From Bacteroidales bacterium (GTDB lineage Bacteria > Bacteroidota > Bacteroidia > Bacteroidales > VadinHA17), in NCBI GenBank assembly GCA_032260385.1, contig JAVVEL010000006.1, positions 37,918 through 101,917 on the forward strand: a stretch of DNA of 64,000 nucleotides, given 5' to 3'. A program made the translations under genes and the position numbers. The first letter of the stretch is position 1, and every line of letters starts with the position of its first letter. The notes under the pieces were generated by a model, which saw only the letters and a list, made by a program, of their open reading frames with translations, did not search any database and was not told the DNA's origin. Shown piece after piece: positions 31,108 to 41,467 of this stretch.

Positions 31108-33348
31108 TTATCTCTTCATCACATTGCAGAAATCACGGTAGGCCTTAAGTATGTTGCCTGCTTGCAATACAAGGTTTTTTGTCTCGGTAAGAAGGTCAAG
31201 ATAGAGGAGTGTTGCCTTTGTTCCCGAGGCTCCTTTTTTTATTCGTTTTATCTGTTTCTTACGTATGGTATCAATAGAATCAAGAAGTTTGGCCTGCTTA
31301 TCAAAGGATTGCCTTATGTTTTCAAAATTGTTTGATTTCAGAATGGCAACCAGGAAATTGAGGTATTCACCCAATTCCCGGCTGAGTATTTTAAGGTCTT
31401 CCTGCTGATCCGGACCCAGAGGTTGATGGTTATTATCTACATGACGGTAGGCCGGGTTGAAAACATATGATAATGAATGTGCGCTTTCCCTCAGGTAGTC
31501 ATGAATCTGAACATAATAAGGCCCTGCATCTATCATGGAATCGTCCAGTGTCCTGATAAATTTATGGACATTATCCTTCTTCAGTTTTGCTGAAATATCA
31601 AAATGCTTTATGTCTTTTTTGATGTTTCTGAGACTTTTCAGACGTTCTTTCATAAAGGAGATTATGGTCTTATCATAAAGTGAAGAAACCGTAAGAAGCT
31701 CTTTTATGAGCATATCCCTGGTAATGTCCGTGATGTCCTCCCCGTTTTCCGTTTCTTCAAGTACAGCCTGGCGATCCTCTTCCTCCTTAACCCTGTTTTT
31801 ATGGGTCCGGTTACTGCCGAAAAGTATTAAAATTATTAAAACAATAACAATCAATATGCCTGTAAACCCTGCCCAATTTATGAATAATGCTATCAGGAAG
31901 GCACTGATAAAAGCAGCCATTGCCGTAAAGAACCAGCCTGTAATCACAATCATAACACCTGAGATGCGGTAAACCGCGGTTTCCCTGCCCCATGCCCTGT
32001 CGGCCAGTGAAGTTCCCATTGCTACCATAAATGTAACATAGGTTGTTGACAGGGGAAGTTTGAGGGAGGTGGCAAAAGCAATTAATATACTTGCCACAAC
32101 CATATTTATTGATGCCCGCAACTGGTCAAATGAAGCATCTTCTTTTTTAGTCCTTTTTTTAATTTTGGAAGTATCAAACCTGGTATTCAACCACTTCTTT
32201 GCATTTTTTGGGAAAATTTTACCAAAACCCTCTGATACTTGTGTACTGAGCCTGACCATTGATCGTGCAAGTCCAAGCGATTTAAACTTTTCTGTTCCTT
32301 CATCCTGTTGAGCAAGGCTTATCTCAGTCTGGGTTACCGTTCTGGATTTTTTTGAAAGCCACAGTGCCAGTGCCATGATAATCCCTGCAATCAGGAGGAA
32401 ATATGTCGGTGTTTTAATCTGTTCCGCAAGTGCTGTCATTGGCAATTCATCGGGCGAGGCGCCACTTGCCATCCATGCCTTGAACGATTCAAAGCCTGCC
32501 AGGGGAACACCAATAAAGTTTATAAGGTCATTTCCCGCAAAGGCCATTGCGAGTGAGAAAGTACCAACCAGTACAATAATCTTCGGGATATTTATTCCAA
32601 ATAACCATATTAGTAGCTGGAGCAGGATTGTCCATCCTATGAAGCTGTATACAAGAAGGATGCCGGTGTTGTTCATTATCCAGTTCATTACACTTTCACT
32701 CATGAAAGAGGCTCCCTTGGCCCCTTTGATAATCATGAAGTAGGTGATCGCTGTAATGGCTATTCCACCCCATAAGGATCCGAAAAACTTCATGTTTCTC
32801 TGGTAATTGAAACTGAATAACAACCTGGTAAGGTACATTATAATCGCTCCTGCAGTGAAAGCTATCACTATCGAAAGGAGGATGCCGGAAATAATTGCCA
32901 GAGCCTTGCTTGAATTAATATAGGTACCCAGTGTGTGAGCGCCTTCCGGATCACCAATGAGCTTTACCATTGCTATACCAACGGCAGCTCCGAGGAGTTC
33001 AAAAACAATCGATACCGTGGTTGAGGTTGGAAGTCCGTATGTATTGAAGAGATCAAGAAGAATAATGTCGGTAAGCATAACTGCCATGAACACTATCATA
33101 AGGTCCCCGAAGTAAAATTGACCGGGATTGAATATTCCCTTTCTTGCAACTTCCATCATCCCGCTTGAAAAAGTTGCGCCTATAACGATACCGAGAGTTG
33201 CAATAAACAGTATGGTTTTAAGTGAGGCAACCTTTGAACCAATGGCAGAGTTCAGGAAATTAACAGCATCATTGCTGACACCTACAATCAGATCGATTAC
33301 GGCCAGCAGGAAGAGGACCCCAACTATGAATATGTAATATTTTTCCAT
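31108..33348 (-). CDS. PiT-family inorganic phosphate transporter fused to a C-terminal PhoU-like cytoplasmic domain
   Basis: PHO4 repeats GVSNDAVNFLNSAIG and AGNDLINFIGVPL. A roughly 230-aa helical C-terminal tail ends ...TLLYLDLLTETKNLVLQAGNILKAY, which is PhoU-like. Confidence 0.88.
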   Translation of the reverse strand: MEKYYIFIVGVLFLLAVIDLIVGVSNDAVNFLNSAIGSKVASLKTILFIATLGIVIGATFSSGMMEVARKGIFNPGQFYFGDLMIVFMAVMLTDIILLDLFNTYGLPTSTTVSIVFELLGAAVGIAMVKLIGDPEGAHTLGTYINSSKALAIISGILLSIVIAFTAGAIIMYLTRLLFSFNYQRNMKFFGSLWGGIAITAITYFMIIKGAKGASFMSESVMNWIMNNTGILLVYSFIGWTILLQLLIWLFGINIPKIIVLVGTFSLAMAFAGNDLINFIGVPLAGFESFKAWMASGASPDELPMTALAEQIKTPTYFLLIAGIIMALALWLSKKSRTVTQTEISLAQQDEGTEKFKSLGLARSMVRLSTQVSEGFGKIFPKNAKKWLNTRFDTSKIKKRTKKEDASFDQLRASINMVVASILIAFATSLKLPLSTTYVTFMVAMGTSLADRAWGRETAVYRISGVMIVITGWFFTAMAAFISAFLIALFINWAGFTGILIVIVLIILILFGSNRTHKNRVKEEEDRQAVLEETENGEDITDITRDMLIKELLTVSSLYDKTIISFMKERLKSLRNIKKDIKHFDISAKLKKDNVHKFIRTLDDSMIDAGPYYVQIHDYLRESAHSLSYVFNPAYRHVDNNHQPLGPDQQEDLKILSRELGEYLNFLVAILKSNNFENIRQSFDKQAKLLDSIDTIRKKQIKRIKKGASGTKATLLYLDLLTETKNLVLQAGNILKAYRDFCNVMKR

Positions 33349-33468
33349 CTGTTTAAATAAAAATATGGGGCAAATGTATCCAGCTATTTTTATTTAATAA
33401 TTAATTTAATGTTAAGTAATTGTTAAGTAAATGATTGATCTGTGTTAGAAGCCTGTAAATCAGTAGAT

Positions 33469-33840
33469 TTATGTTTCCAGTATGCTCTTCGTGACATGGA
33501 GAACCTTATCCATGTCAAGGGGTTTGGTCAGGTAATCACTTACACCTAATTCCTGGCTCTTTTCTATTGATTGCATGTCTGATACCGCTGATAATGTAAC
33601 TACCGGGATATCTTTTAAGTCTTTATTTCCTTTTAAAATTTCCATGAATTCAAAACCTCCCAGACCGGGCATCTTTAGATCCAGGAAGATAAGGCCGGGA
33701 ATATTTTTATTTACCAGATCCAGACCCAGCCTCCCGTTGGAGGCTGTAAATACACTGTACCCGTTCCGTTTTAACAGTGACTTAAGAAGAACCAGATTGG
33801 TGTTTGAATCATCAATTATCAGTATATCCTTTTTACTCAT
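33469..33840 (-). CDS. Single-domain response regulator (CheY-like receiver)
   Basis: 123 aa with ILIIDDS, the acceptor Asp in IFLDLKMPG, and TLSA...KP. Confidence 0.88.
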   Translation of the reverse strand: MSKKDILIIDDSNTNLVLLKSLLKRNGYSVFTASNGRLGLDLVNKNIPGLIFLDLKMPGLGGFEFMEILKGNKDLKDIPVVTLSAVSDMQSIEKSQELGVSDYLTKPLDMDKVLHVTKSILET

Positions 33841-33913
33841 TGGGTGCCGCTTGACTTAAAATAGCAAAGATGATAAATTTAAATATTGTATATGCCCTTA
33901 AACAGGCAAAAAT

Positions 33914-33947
33914 ATCACCATTTTATGGTGATTTAAATCATCACCAT
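33914..33947. promoter_or_regulatory. Operator-like array of three ATCACCAT half-sites
   Basis: ATCACCAT (33914-21), then ttt, then ATGGTGAT (33925-32), then ttaaatc, then ATCACCAT (33940-47). It sits just upstream of a -7 box in the divergent regulator spacer. Confidence 0.4.
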
Positions 33948-33961
33948 AATAAAAAAAATCA

Positions 33962-33969
33962 TACATTTG
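33962..33969 (+). promoter_or_regulatory. -7 promoter box TACATTTG upstream of the Crp/Fnr gene
   Basis: Exact TAnnTTTG, 35 nt upstream of ATG 34004. Confidence 0.4.
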
Positions 33970-34003
33970 CCTGTAATCACTTTGATTCTCGGGGGTATAT
34001 TTA

Positions 34004-34708
34004 ATGAATGATTTTAGTTTGAATTCGGAATATAGAAATTCTAAGGATTTAATACCTGGTGACGGGATATTCAATTACCTTACCAGGGATGAGAGGATTA
34101 AACTCTCTGCCGGAGTTACGCTTATGACCTTTGAGAGACATGATATTCTTTTTAAGCAGAATATGCCATCGGATCACCTGGTTTATGTTATTAGCGGACT
34201 CTTAAAGGTGTACAGCGGAGGCAGAGGCAATCGTGTCGTATGTATTAAACTTGCAGGACCAGGGACATTTGTTGCTCTTTCAGGTGCATTTTCATCCAGT
34301 GTATACATGAATTCGGCTGCAGCAATTGAAAAGACAGTGGCCCTGATGATCAGGAAGGAAAGCCTTAAGGGAATTGTAAAAAGCAATGGTATGTTTGCTA
34401 TTTCAATTATAAATCTGATGGGGAAGGAGATTATTGATGTATCAAATAAACTGGTGACCTTTTCAATGAAACAATTGCCGGGAAGAGTTGCCGACCTCTT
34501 ACGTTATTTTTCAGAGCAAGTATTTAAAAACAATAAGTTTACAGTGTCACTTACCAGACAGGAGATGGCTGAATTGATTGGTACAACCAAGGAAAGCCTT
34601 ATCAGGACGCTTAATGAATTCAAAAATGACAAATTAATAAGGCTTGAAGGTAAAAATATTGAGATACTGTCTCCTGATCTGATTAAGGTACTGTCTGAAA
34701 TTGGTTAA
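34004..34708 (+). CDS. Crp/Fnr family transcriptional regulator
   Basis: cNMP-binding-like beta-barrel followed by the C-terminal HTH LTRQEMAELIGTTKESLIRTLNEF. Confidence 0.88.
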   Translation: MNDFSLNSEYRNSKDLIPGDGIFNYLTRDERIKLSAGVTLMTFERHDILFKQNMPSDHLVYVISGLLKVYSGGRGNRVVCIKLAGPGTFVALSGAFSSSVYMNSAAAIEKTVALMIRKESLKGIVKSNGMFAISIINLMGKEIIDVSNKLVTFSMKQLPGRVADLLRYFSEQVFKNNKFTVSLTRQEMAELIGTTKESLIRTLNEFKNDKLIRLEGKNIEILSPDLIKVLSEIG

Positions 34709-34714
34709 AAGATT

Positions 34715-36424
34715 ATGATTAAACATTTGCTGTACAAACTTGCATTGTTATTGCTTACGGCAGTATTAATATCATCATGCAAGGGAAGAAAATACGAGCT
34801 TTTGGAAGGAAGGGGCATAACAGGCATAAATGGCATGGTTGTTTCCGCTCACCCTGAAGCATCAAGAACAGGAACCGTAATACTCCTTGAAGGAGGCAAT
34901 GCCTTTGATGCTGCCGCTGCCACAGCATTTGCCCTTGCTGTAAGTTATCCTACCGCAGGAAATTTAGGTGGTGGTAGCCTTATGGTCATCAGGGATGCCG
35001 GGGGTAATTACTCTTCACTTGATTGCCGGGAAAAAGCTCCCGCACTTGCAAGTCGTGACATGTATCTCGATGAATCAGGTAATGTTATTGAAGGAATGAG
35101 CACCAACACACTGGCTGCCACTGCAGTACCAGGATCTGTCGAAGGAATACTTGAATTGCATTCCCGTTATGGCATTCTTCCATTGACTAAAGTCATTCAA
35201 CCTGCAATTGACCTTGCGCGAAAAGGATTTCCTGTTACCGATAAACAGGCTGAATCATTGAATCATGCACGAGACAGGTTCATTCGGAGAAACGATCATC
35301 CCGTGCCCTTTGTTAAAGATAAGCCATGGTCAGGAGGCGACACACTTGTGCAGGAAGACCTTGCCCGGACACTCGAGAGGATACGCGACAATGGCAGGAA
35401 TGGCTTCTACAGGGGGATCACGGCAGATCTAATAGTTGCTGAAATGAAGAAGGGGAATGGTCTTATAAACCTTGATGACCTCGATGAATATAATGCTGTC
35501 TGGAGAGAGCCTGTAATTGGCACCTATGAAGAATACGGTATAATATCTATGCCTCCTCCATCCAGTGGAGGCATAGCCATATTGCAGCTACTTGGTATAA
35601 TTGAAGAAATGTTGCCTGAAGAGCCTGTTTTCCAATCCCTTGAAGAAGTACACCTGATTACCGAGGCTGAACGGAGAGTTTATGCCGACAGGTCTCATTA
35701 CCTTGGAGATCCTGAATATGCAAATATACCTGTCGATGAGCTTGTCAGCAAAGAGTACCTGGCAGGGAGGATGTCTGACTTTATGCCGGAAAAGGCTTCC
35801 TTATCGGAAAATATATCCCATGGCGCTTTACCTGCATATGAAGGCGAGGAAACAACACATTTTTCGGTGGTTGATAAAGACCGTAATGCAATTGCCTTTA
35901 CGACAACACTTAACAGTGGTTATGGGAACTGTATTGTGGTGGAGGGTGCGGGCTTTCTGCTGAATAATGAAATGGACGACTTTTCATCCAAACCCGGCTA
36001 TCCGAATATATACGGCCTGGTAGGAGGTGAAGCTAATTCTGTGCAGGCGGGGAAAAGAATGTTGAGCTCAATGACACCCACAATAATCGAAAAAGACCAA
36101 CAACTATATATGGTGCTGGGATCACCCGGCGGGTCAACAATCATAACATCAGTATTTCAAACCATGCTGAATGTTATTGAATATGGAATGAAGCTGCAGG
36201 AAGCTGTAGATGCACCGAGGTTTCACCATCAGTGGATGCCTGATATTATTTATTTTGAAGAGGAGGCTGCTGATACTCTCCTTATACAACAGTTGGAAAT
36301 AAAAGGGCATAAGATAAGGCTTCGGTCACCTATTGGCAGAGTTGACGCAATAAGGATACTTCCTGGAGGCCGTTTGGAAGCAGGTGCCGACCCCAGAGGT
36401 GATGATACAGCATGTGCTTACTGA
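34715..36424 (+). CDS. ggt: Gamma-glutamyltransferase
   Basis: 569 aa with signal/lipobox (LISSC). The autoprocessing Thr context is GEETTHFSVVD; also LNNEMDDFS and GSPGGSTII. Confidence 0.95.
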   Translation: MIKHLLYKLALLLLTAVLISSCKGRKYELLEGRGITGINGMVVSAHPEASRTGTVILLEGGNAFDAAAATAFALAVSYPTAGNLGGGSLMVIRDAGGNYSSLDCREKAPALASRDMYLDESGNVIEGMSTNTLAATAVPGSVEGILELHSRYGILPLTKVIQPAIDLARKGFPVTDKQAESLNHARDRFIRRNDHPVPFVKDKPWSGGDTLVQEDLARTLERIRDNGRNGFYRGITADLIVAEMKKGNGLINLDDLDEYNAVWREPVIGTYEEYGIISMPPPSSGGIAILQLLGIIEEMLPEEPVFQSLEEVHLITEAERRVYADRSHYLGDPEYANIPVDELVSKEYLAGRMSDFMPEKASLSENISHGALPAYEGEETTHFSVVDKDRNAIAFTTTLNSGYGNCIVVEGAGFLLNNEMDDFSSKPGYPNIYGLVGGEANSVQAGKRMLSSMTPTIIEKDQQLYMVLGSPGGSTIITSVFQTMLNVIEYGMKLQEAVDAPRFHHQWMPDIIYFEEEAADTLLIQQLEIKGHKIRLRSPIGRVDAIRILPGGRLEAGADPRGDDTACAY

Positions 36425-36548
36425 TACCGGTTTTTACAGCATACATGTAAATACAGGCTTTTTTTTTTCATAAAATCAAATAAATTAATACTTTTATCAG
36501 TTGAAACAGAAAGCAGGTTAATATTTGAATGGTTCAAATAGCTGTAAT

Positions 36549-37706
36549 ATGAAAAAAACTCTGATAATTACCCTCATCATTCTGGTTATCATCCTAATAC
36601 TTCCGGCAATTGGATTTTTTGGATGGTTCTTTCAGGAAAAGAAACCAATTAGTATTCTTATACTTGACAAAACAGTGCACTCTCTTGATCGGGTAAAACA
36701 TCGCTCACTTAACTGGGTATTAGCCAATGAAAGGTTTGTAAAAGAAAATATGCACAAATATTCACTCAGGAAAGACTATTATGGCTTTTATCCCATTAAA
36801 CCATTAAGGTCCAAACAGTTCAGGAGAAATGATTTCCGACTGGCCGAGGTCATCGATATCGCCCAGAACAGTGATGCCTTGTATTATGCTGATACCTATG
36901 GTGTTTTCTTCAATGACTGGTATCAGGGAATAAACAGAAGCAGGTATTCGAGAAAGCTTTATGGCGGACTGAATAACAACGATTACTTCCTTCTTTCCGA
37001 AATGAGAAAACGGGATAAGCTTACCATACTGGAGTATAATACCATTGATTATCCTACCGATGCGTATGAAAAATACCGTGTGGAGGAATTACTGGGGTTT
37101 AAATCAAGCGGATGGTCAGGGCAGTATTATTCATCTCTTGATTCAGCCAGTCCAGACCTGCCTCTCTGGGTGGTGGAGCTTTACAGAAAGAATACCAGGA
37201 CACCATGGCCATATAAGAATGCCGGCGTGATATTGCTTAAAGGAGAGAATGAAATACTGGTGCTTGAAGAAGGTACACACCTGGAAAATGCCATGCCTTT
37301 CATTATTACCGGACAGGAAGTGGCAGGGAAGTTTAATCTTGCTGAACAGGTAGCTTTTGATAAGCCTTTTGATATAGTTGACCCCATAAATAATGAGGTG
37401 CTTTCAAATTTTAAACTGATGACTACTGAGGCTGGTAATTTATTGCTTGATAAACACTTCCTTTCTGCTGAATTCCCCGCAGTGCTGGCAAATCCCGGTG
37501 ATATGCGCTCATTTTATTTTTGTGGTGACTTTGCAACAGGTAATAAGCCCCCGTGGACAGCCAGCTTTGGCTCCCTCAATATACTGAAGGGGATGCTTTA
37601 TAAAAATGGGGAGATGAATGATACACGTCGCTTCTTCTGGCTTTACTATAAACCCCTTATCACCGGAATACTGAATGATTACTACATTGCTCTTGAATTG
37701 GAATAG
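36549..37706 (+). CDS. Hypothetical single-pass membrane-anchored protein
   Basis: Start moved to MKKTLIITLIILVIILILPAIGFFGWFF (N-terminal TM). The remaining ~355 aa have no motif I recognise. Confidence 0.6.
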   Translation: MKKTLIITLIILVIILILPAIGFFGWFFQEKKPISILILDKTVHSLDRVKHRSLNWVLANERFVKENMHKYSLRKDYYGFYPIKPLRSKQFRRNDFRLAEVIDIAQNSDALYYADTYGVFFNDWYQGINRSRYSRKLYGGLNNNDYFLLSEMRKRDKLTILEYNTIDYPTDAYEKYRVEELLGFKSSGWSGQYYSSLDSASPDLPLWVVELYRKNTRTPWPYKNAGVILLKGENEILVLEEGTHLENAMPFIITGQEVAGKFNLAEQVAFDKPFDIVDPINNEVLSNFKLMTTEAGNLLLDKHFLSAEFPAVLANPGDMRSFYFCGDFATGNKPPWTASFGSLNILKGMLYKNGEMNDTRRFFWLYYKPLITGILNDYYIALELE

Positions 37707-37771
37707 TTATATTTTGTTGATTCATTGCAGGCAGGCTGTTTTTACAGCCTGTTTTTTTTAAATCATATATT

Positions 37772-38551
37772 ATGAGAATATCATTTTTACAATCAGATAT
37801 AGTATGGGAGGATAAGGAGGCTAACTTCAGAAAATATGAATCATGGCTGAAAAGCCTCGCAGGACAAACAGATGTGGTAGTGCTGCCCGAGATGTTCAAC
37901 ACCGGCTTTTCAATGAATTCTGAAAATCTGGCCGAAAATATGGAAGGCCGGACTGCAAAGTGGATGAGAGAAATAACATCCGGGGCCGGATTTGGTCTGA
38001 TGGGCAGTTTTATTGTCATTGAAAATGGAAGATACTATAACAGGCTTGTCTTTATGAAACCCGATGGCAGTTATTCCACTTACGATAAGGGGCACCTGTT
38101 CAGGATGGAAAAGGAAAATGTTTTCTTTACAAAGGGACAACATGCTGTGATCGATTCCTACATGGACTGGAACTTTTCCCTCCAGGTTTGCTATGATCTG
38201 AGGTTCCCCGTATGGAGCCGTAACCTTAATAATGCCTATGATATCCTGATATATGTAGCCAACTGGCCTGCCTCCAGGCGTAAGGTCTGGAATACCCTTT
38301 TAAAGGCAAGGGCTATTGAAAACCAGTGCTTTGTTCTTGGAGTAAACAGGATAGGAAGGGATGGTAACGGGATTAGCTACTGCGGCGATTCTGTCCTTAT
38401 CGATCCCAGGGGAAACACTGTGGTGAAAGCAAGATTGAATACCGCAGAAATAATCACTTCCGGAATTTCTCTTGATGATCTGAAAAACTTCAGGAATAAA
38501 TTCCCGGTATGGCTCGATGCCGACTCTTTTGAGCTGCGGTCAGACAAGTAA
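37772..38551 (+). CDS. Carbon-nitrogen hydrolase family amidohydrolase (omega-amidase YafV-like)
   Basis: Nitrilase-superfamily E-K-C triad contexts VVLPEMF, YDKGHLFR and LQVCYDLRFP. Confidence 0.87.
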   Translation: MRISFLQSDIVWEDKEANFRKYESWLKSLAGQTDVVVLPEMFNTGFSMNSENLAENMEGRTAKWMREITSGAGFGLMGSFIVIENGRYYNRLVFMKPDGSYSTYDKGHLFRMEKENVFFTKGQHAVIDSYMDWNFSLQVCYDLRFPVWSRNLNNAYDILIYVANWPASRRKVWNTLLKARAIENQCFVLGVNRIGRDGNGISYCGDSVLIDPRGNTVVKARLNTAEIITSGISLDDLKNFRNKFPVWLDADSFELRSDK

Positions 38552-41467
38552 AGCCTCATGCAGTACCTGTACGGGATGCAAGGCCTTTCGTGCTGTTCCG
38601 TCCTTTATCTGGTGCCTGCAGCTTGTCCCGGGAGCTGCTATAATTACATCATCACCCGAAGCCCTGACAGTCGGAAACAATACCAGCTCACCTACTTTCA
38701 TTGACAGATCATAATGCTCTTTTTCATAGCCGAAAGACCCGGCCATGCCACAACAACCCGACGGTATTTCCTTTACGCTATAGTTTGCAGGTATTGAAAG
38801 CATCTCTTTAGTGCTTGATGTACTGGCGACAGCCTTCTGCTGGCAATGGCCATGCAGTAATATCTGTTTTGAATCTGTGCTGAACATGGATGATTTGATA
38901 TTGCCTTTTTTAAACTCGCGGCAGATAAATTCATCAATAAGTAAAGCGTTTTCTGACAGGCTTATGGCTTGTGAACGTAATTCTTCACTTACCAGCTCCG
39001 GAAACTCATCCCTGAATCCCAGTATGGCCGAGGGCTCAATTCCAAGGAGGGGGCTTTCTTCGCTTATGAGCGGAGCCAGCATAATAACGTTATCCGTGGC
39101 AATCCCGGCCGCTTTCCTCAATAATCCCTTTGACAGGAATGACCGGGCACTCAGATTGTGATCGGGGATTCTTATGCTGTAGCCCAGGGAAGTTAATAAC
39201 TTTATGGACTGGATACCTGCCAGGGTGTCATTGTAGTTGGTAAACTCATCAGCAAAAATATATACCTTCTTGGTGGGATTTACCGGATTAAGCAGGGGAA
39301 GATTCTTTTTTGCCCATTTCTTGAGAGTGGTCCTGTATATAAGTGGCATAGAACGTTCTTTTGCAAAGCCAATCACCTGCTTTACCAGACCTGAAAAGAA
39401 CCTGTTCTTAAGAAAGAAATTATAAATTGAGGGTATAATGGAACCCAGTTTATTTATGGTGCTTATGTAGGCTATAAGCAAGGTCCGTAAGGGTACCCTG
39501 TGCCTGTCGTACCAGTGCTGCATGAATTCAGCCTTCAGCTTTGCCATATCCACATTCGAAGGACATTCACTTTTGCATCCCTTACATGAAAGACATAAGT
39601 CAAGTATACTGTATATCCCGGGATGATCCCATCCATTGCCCGGTTTATTGAGAAATTCCCTCAGGACATTTGCCCTTGCCCTGGTGGTGTTCATCTCATC
39701 CCTGGTGGCCATATAGCTTGGACACATAGTGCCTCCGATAATCTCACTCTTCCTGCAGTCGCCTGAGCCATTGCATTTCTCTGCTGCCCTGATATATCCG
39801 TCAGTGTCATCAAACCTGAAACAGGTGTCAGGTTCCTTAACTTCCTGACCGGGGATGTAGCGCAGACAGGTATTCATAGGTGGTGTATCAATAATCTTTC
39901 CCGGGTTTAATATCCCATCCGGGTCCCAGGTGTATTTTACCTCCCTAAGAGTATCGTATATCTTTTTCCCCATCATCAGGGGAATGAATTCACCCCTTAA
40001 CCTGCCATCCCCATGTTCGCCGCTTAGTGAGCCCCTGTATTTTTTTACCAGCATGGCAGTCTCCATTCCAAGGGTATGGAACAATTCTACATCACCTTCT
40101 TCCTTAAGATTCAAAACAGGCCGCAGGTGCAACTCTCCTGTGCCTATATGAGCATGATAAACACATTCTTTTTTATATTTTGCCAGCATATTGTCAAACT
40201 CACGCATATACCGGGGTAAAAGTTCAACGCTCACCGCTGTATCTTCCAGCAGGCTAACAGGTTTAGCATCACCCTTCATGTTACCAAGGACTCCTACACC
40301 GGCTTTTCTTAGATTCCAGACCTTAGGTATGTCCTCGCCCCATATCCTTGGGAAGGCATATCCATAAGCCTCTTTCCTCATGGCTGCTTCCATCGAATCA
40401 CAGATTGCATTTATCTCTTCCCGTGTCCGGCGTGCAAATTCAACTATTAATATAGCTCCCGGTTTACCTTCGAGAAAAAATCTGTTTTTTCTTTGCTCAA
40501 TATTATCCCCGGTGAGATCCAGTATCTTATCATCCATCATTTCTACTGCATCGGGATCATGCTGAAGGGCAATGAGATTGGCTTTATATGCTTCGTCCCT
40601 TTCTTTCAGATGGACACAACACAGAACTTTAACAGGGGGTGGGAGAGGTACCAGGTTAAGCTTGATCTCGCTTATTATGGCTAGAGTCCCTTCTGATCCG
40701 GCTATCAGCCTTGCAAAATTGATTCTGGTTTTGCTGTCCATGTTAAAAACAGAGGTTTCCAGCATCAGGTCAAGGGCATAGCCCGTGTTTCTCCTGGGTA
40801 CACCAGGATCAGGGTATTCCTTCCTGATCTCAGCTGCCATTTCCTTATCTGACAATATCTCATTTAGTTTGCTGTAAATCCTTCCTTCCAGGTTGTTTAA
40901 ATCGCATTTTCTCCTGAATTCATCATCCTTGAGCTCGCTGAACACTACAGTGCTGCCGTCACTGAGCATGGCTTTTACCTCAATTGTATGCTCGCGGGTA
41001 CTGCCATATCTGAGTGAATGCAGGCCGCAGGCGTTGTTTCCGAGCATTCCCCCAATGGTGCACCTGTTTGCTGTGGATGTTTCAGGACCGAAGAATAAAC
41101 CATATCCGGCAAGGGTCTTGTTGAGTTCATCGGGAATAACACCCGGCTGCACCCTTACCCACCTTTCTTCGGCGTTTATCTCAAGTATTTTGTTCATGTG
41201 CCTGCTAATATCCACTACTATGCCGGACCCTACCACCTGACCTGCAAGCGAGGTGCCTGCACCCCTCATTATCAGGCTTGATTTATTGGTGTTTGCATAT
41301 TCAATGAGAAGTTTAAGATCATCCTCATCGGCAGGAAAGGCTACGGCCAGGGGCTCTTCCCTGTACATTGAAGCATCAGTGCTGTAGATAGCCCTGGTTA
41401 TGGTATCGTATTTTAGGCTGCCCTTAAGTGAATCTGCCAGCCTGTCAAGAGATTTATCCTGGTACAT
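38540..41467 (-). CDS. FAD-binding and Fe-S-binding oxidoreductase (YdiJ-like, GlcD+GlcF-type fusion)
   Basis: 975 aa. N-terminal PCMH FAD domain (RGAGTSLAGQ, GTGELH), a ferredoxin-like CLSCKGCKSECP, and a C-terminal CCG-type Cys-rich domain (GCCGMAGSFG). Confidence 0.9.
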   Translation of the reverse strand: MYQDKSLDRLADSLKGSLKYDTITRAIYSTDASMYREEPLAVAFPADEDDLKLLIEYANTNKSSLIMRGAGTSLAGQVVGSGIVVDISRHMNKILEINAEERWVRVQPGVIPDELNKTLAGYGLFFGPETSTANRCTIGGMLGNNACGLHSLRYGSTREHTIEVKAMLSDGSTVVFSELKDDEFRRKCDLNNLEGRIYSKLNEILSDKEMAAEIRKEYPDPGVPRRNTGYALDLMLETSVFNMDSKTRINFARLIAGSEGTLAIISEIKLNLVPLPPPVKVLCCVHLKERDEAYKANLIALQHDPDAVEMMDDKILDLTGDNIEQRKNRFFLEGKPGAILIVEFARRTREEINAICDSMEAAMRKEAYGYAFPRIWGEDIPKVWNLRKAGVGVLGNMKGDAKPVSLLEDTAVSVELLPRYMREFDNMLAKYKKECVYHAHIGTGELHLRPVLNLKEEGDVELFHTLGMETAMLVKKYRGSLSGEHGDGRLRGEFIPLMMGKKIYDTLREVKYTWDPDGILNPGKIIDTPPMNTCLRYIPGQEVKEPDTCFRFDDTDGYIRAAEKCNGSGDCRKSEIIGGTMCPSYMATRDEMNTTRARANVLREFLNKPGNGWDHPGIYSILDLCLSCKGCKSECPSNVDMAKLKAEFMQHWYDRHRVPLRTLLIAYISTINKLGSIIPSIYNFFLKNRFFSGLVKQVIGFAKERSMPLIYRTTLKKWAKKNLPLLNPVNPTKKVYIFADEFTNYNDTLAGIQSIKLLTSLGYSIRIPDHNLSARSFLSKGLLRKAAGIATDNVIMLAPLISEESPLLGIEPSAILGFRDEFPELVSEELRSQAISLSENALLIDEFICREFKKGNIKSSMFSTDSKQILLHGHCQQKAVASTSSTKEMLSIPANYSVKEIPSGCCGMAGSFGYEKEHYDLSMKVGELVLFPTVRASGDDVIIAAPGTSCRHQIKDGTARKALHPVQVLHEALLV

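Noticed and set aside
36430-36470. Possible terminator after ggt (TTTACA-gcataca-TGTAAA followed by a T10 run)
   Set aside because: The stem is only 6 bp and all but one pair is A-T. The T-run is separated from it by 7 nt. This is too weak to annotate.
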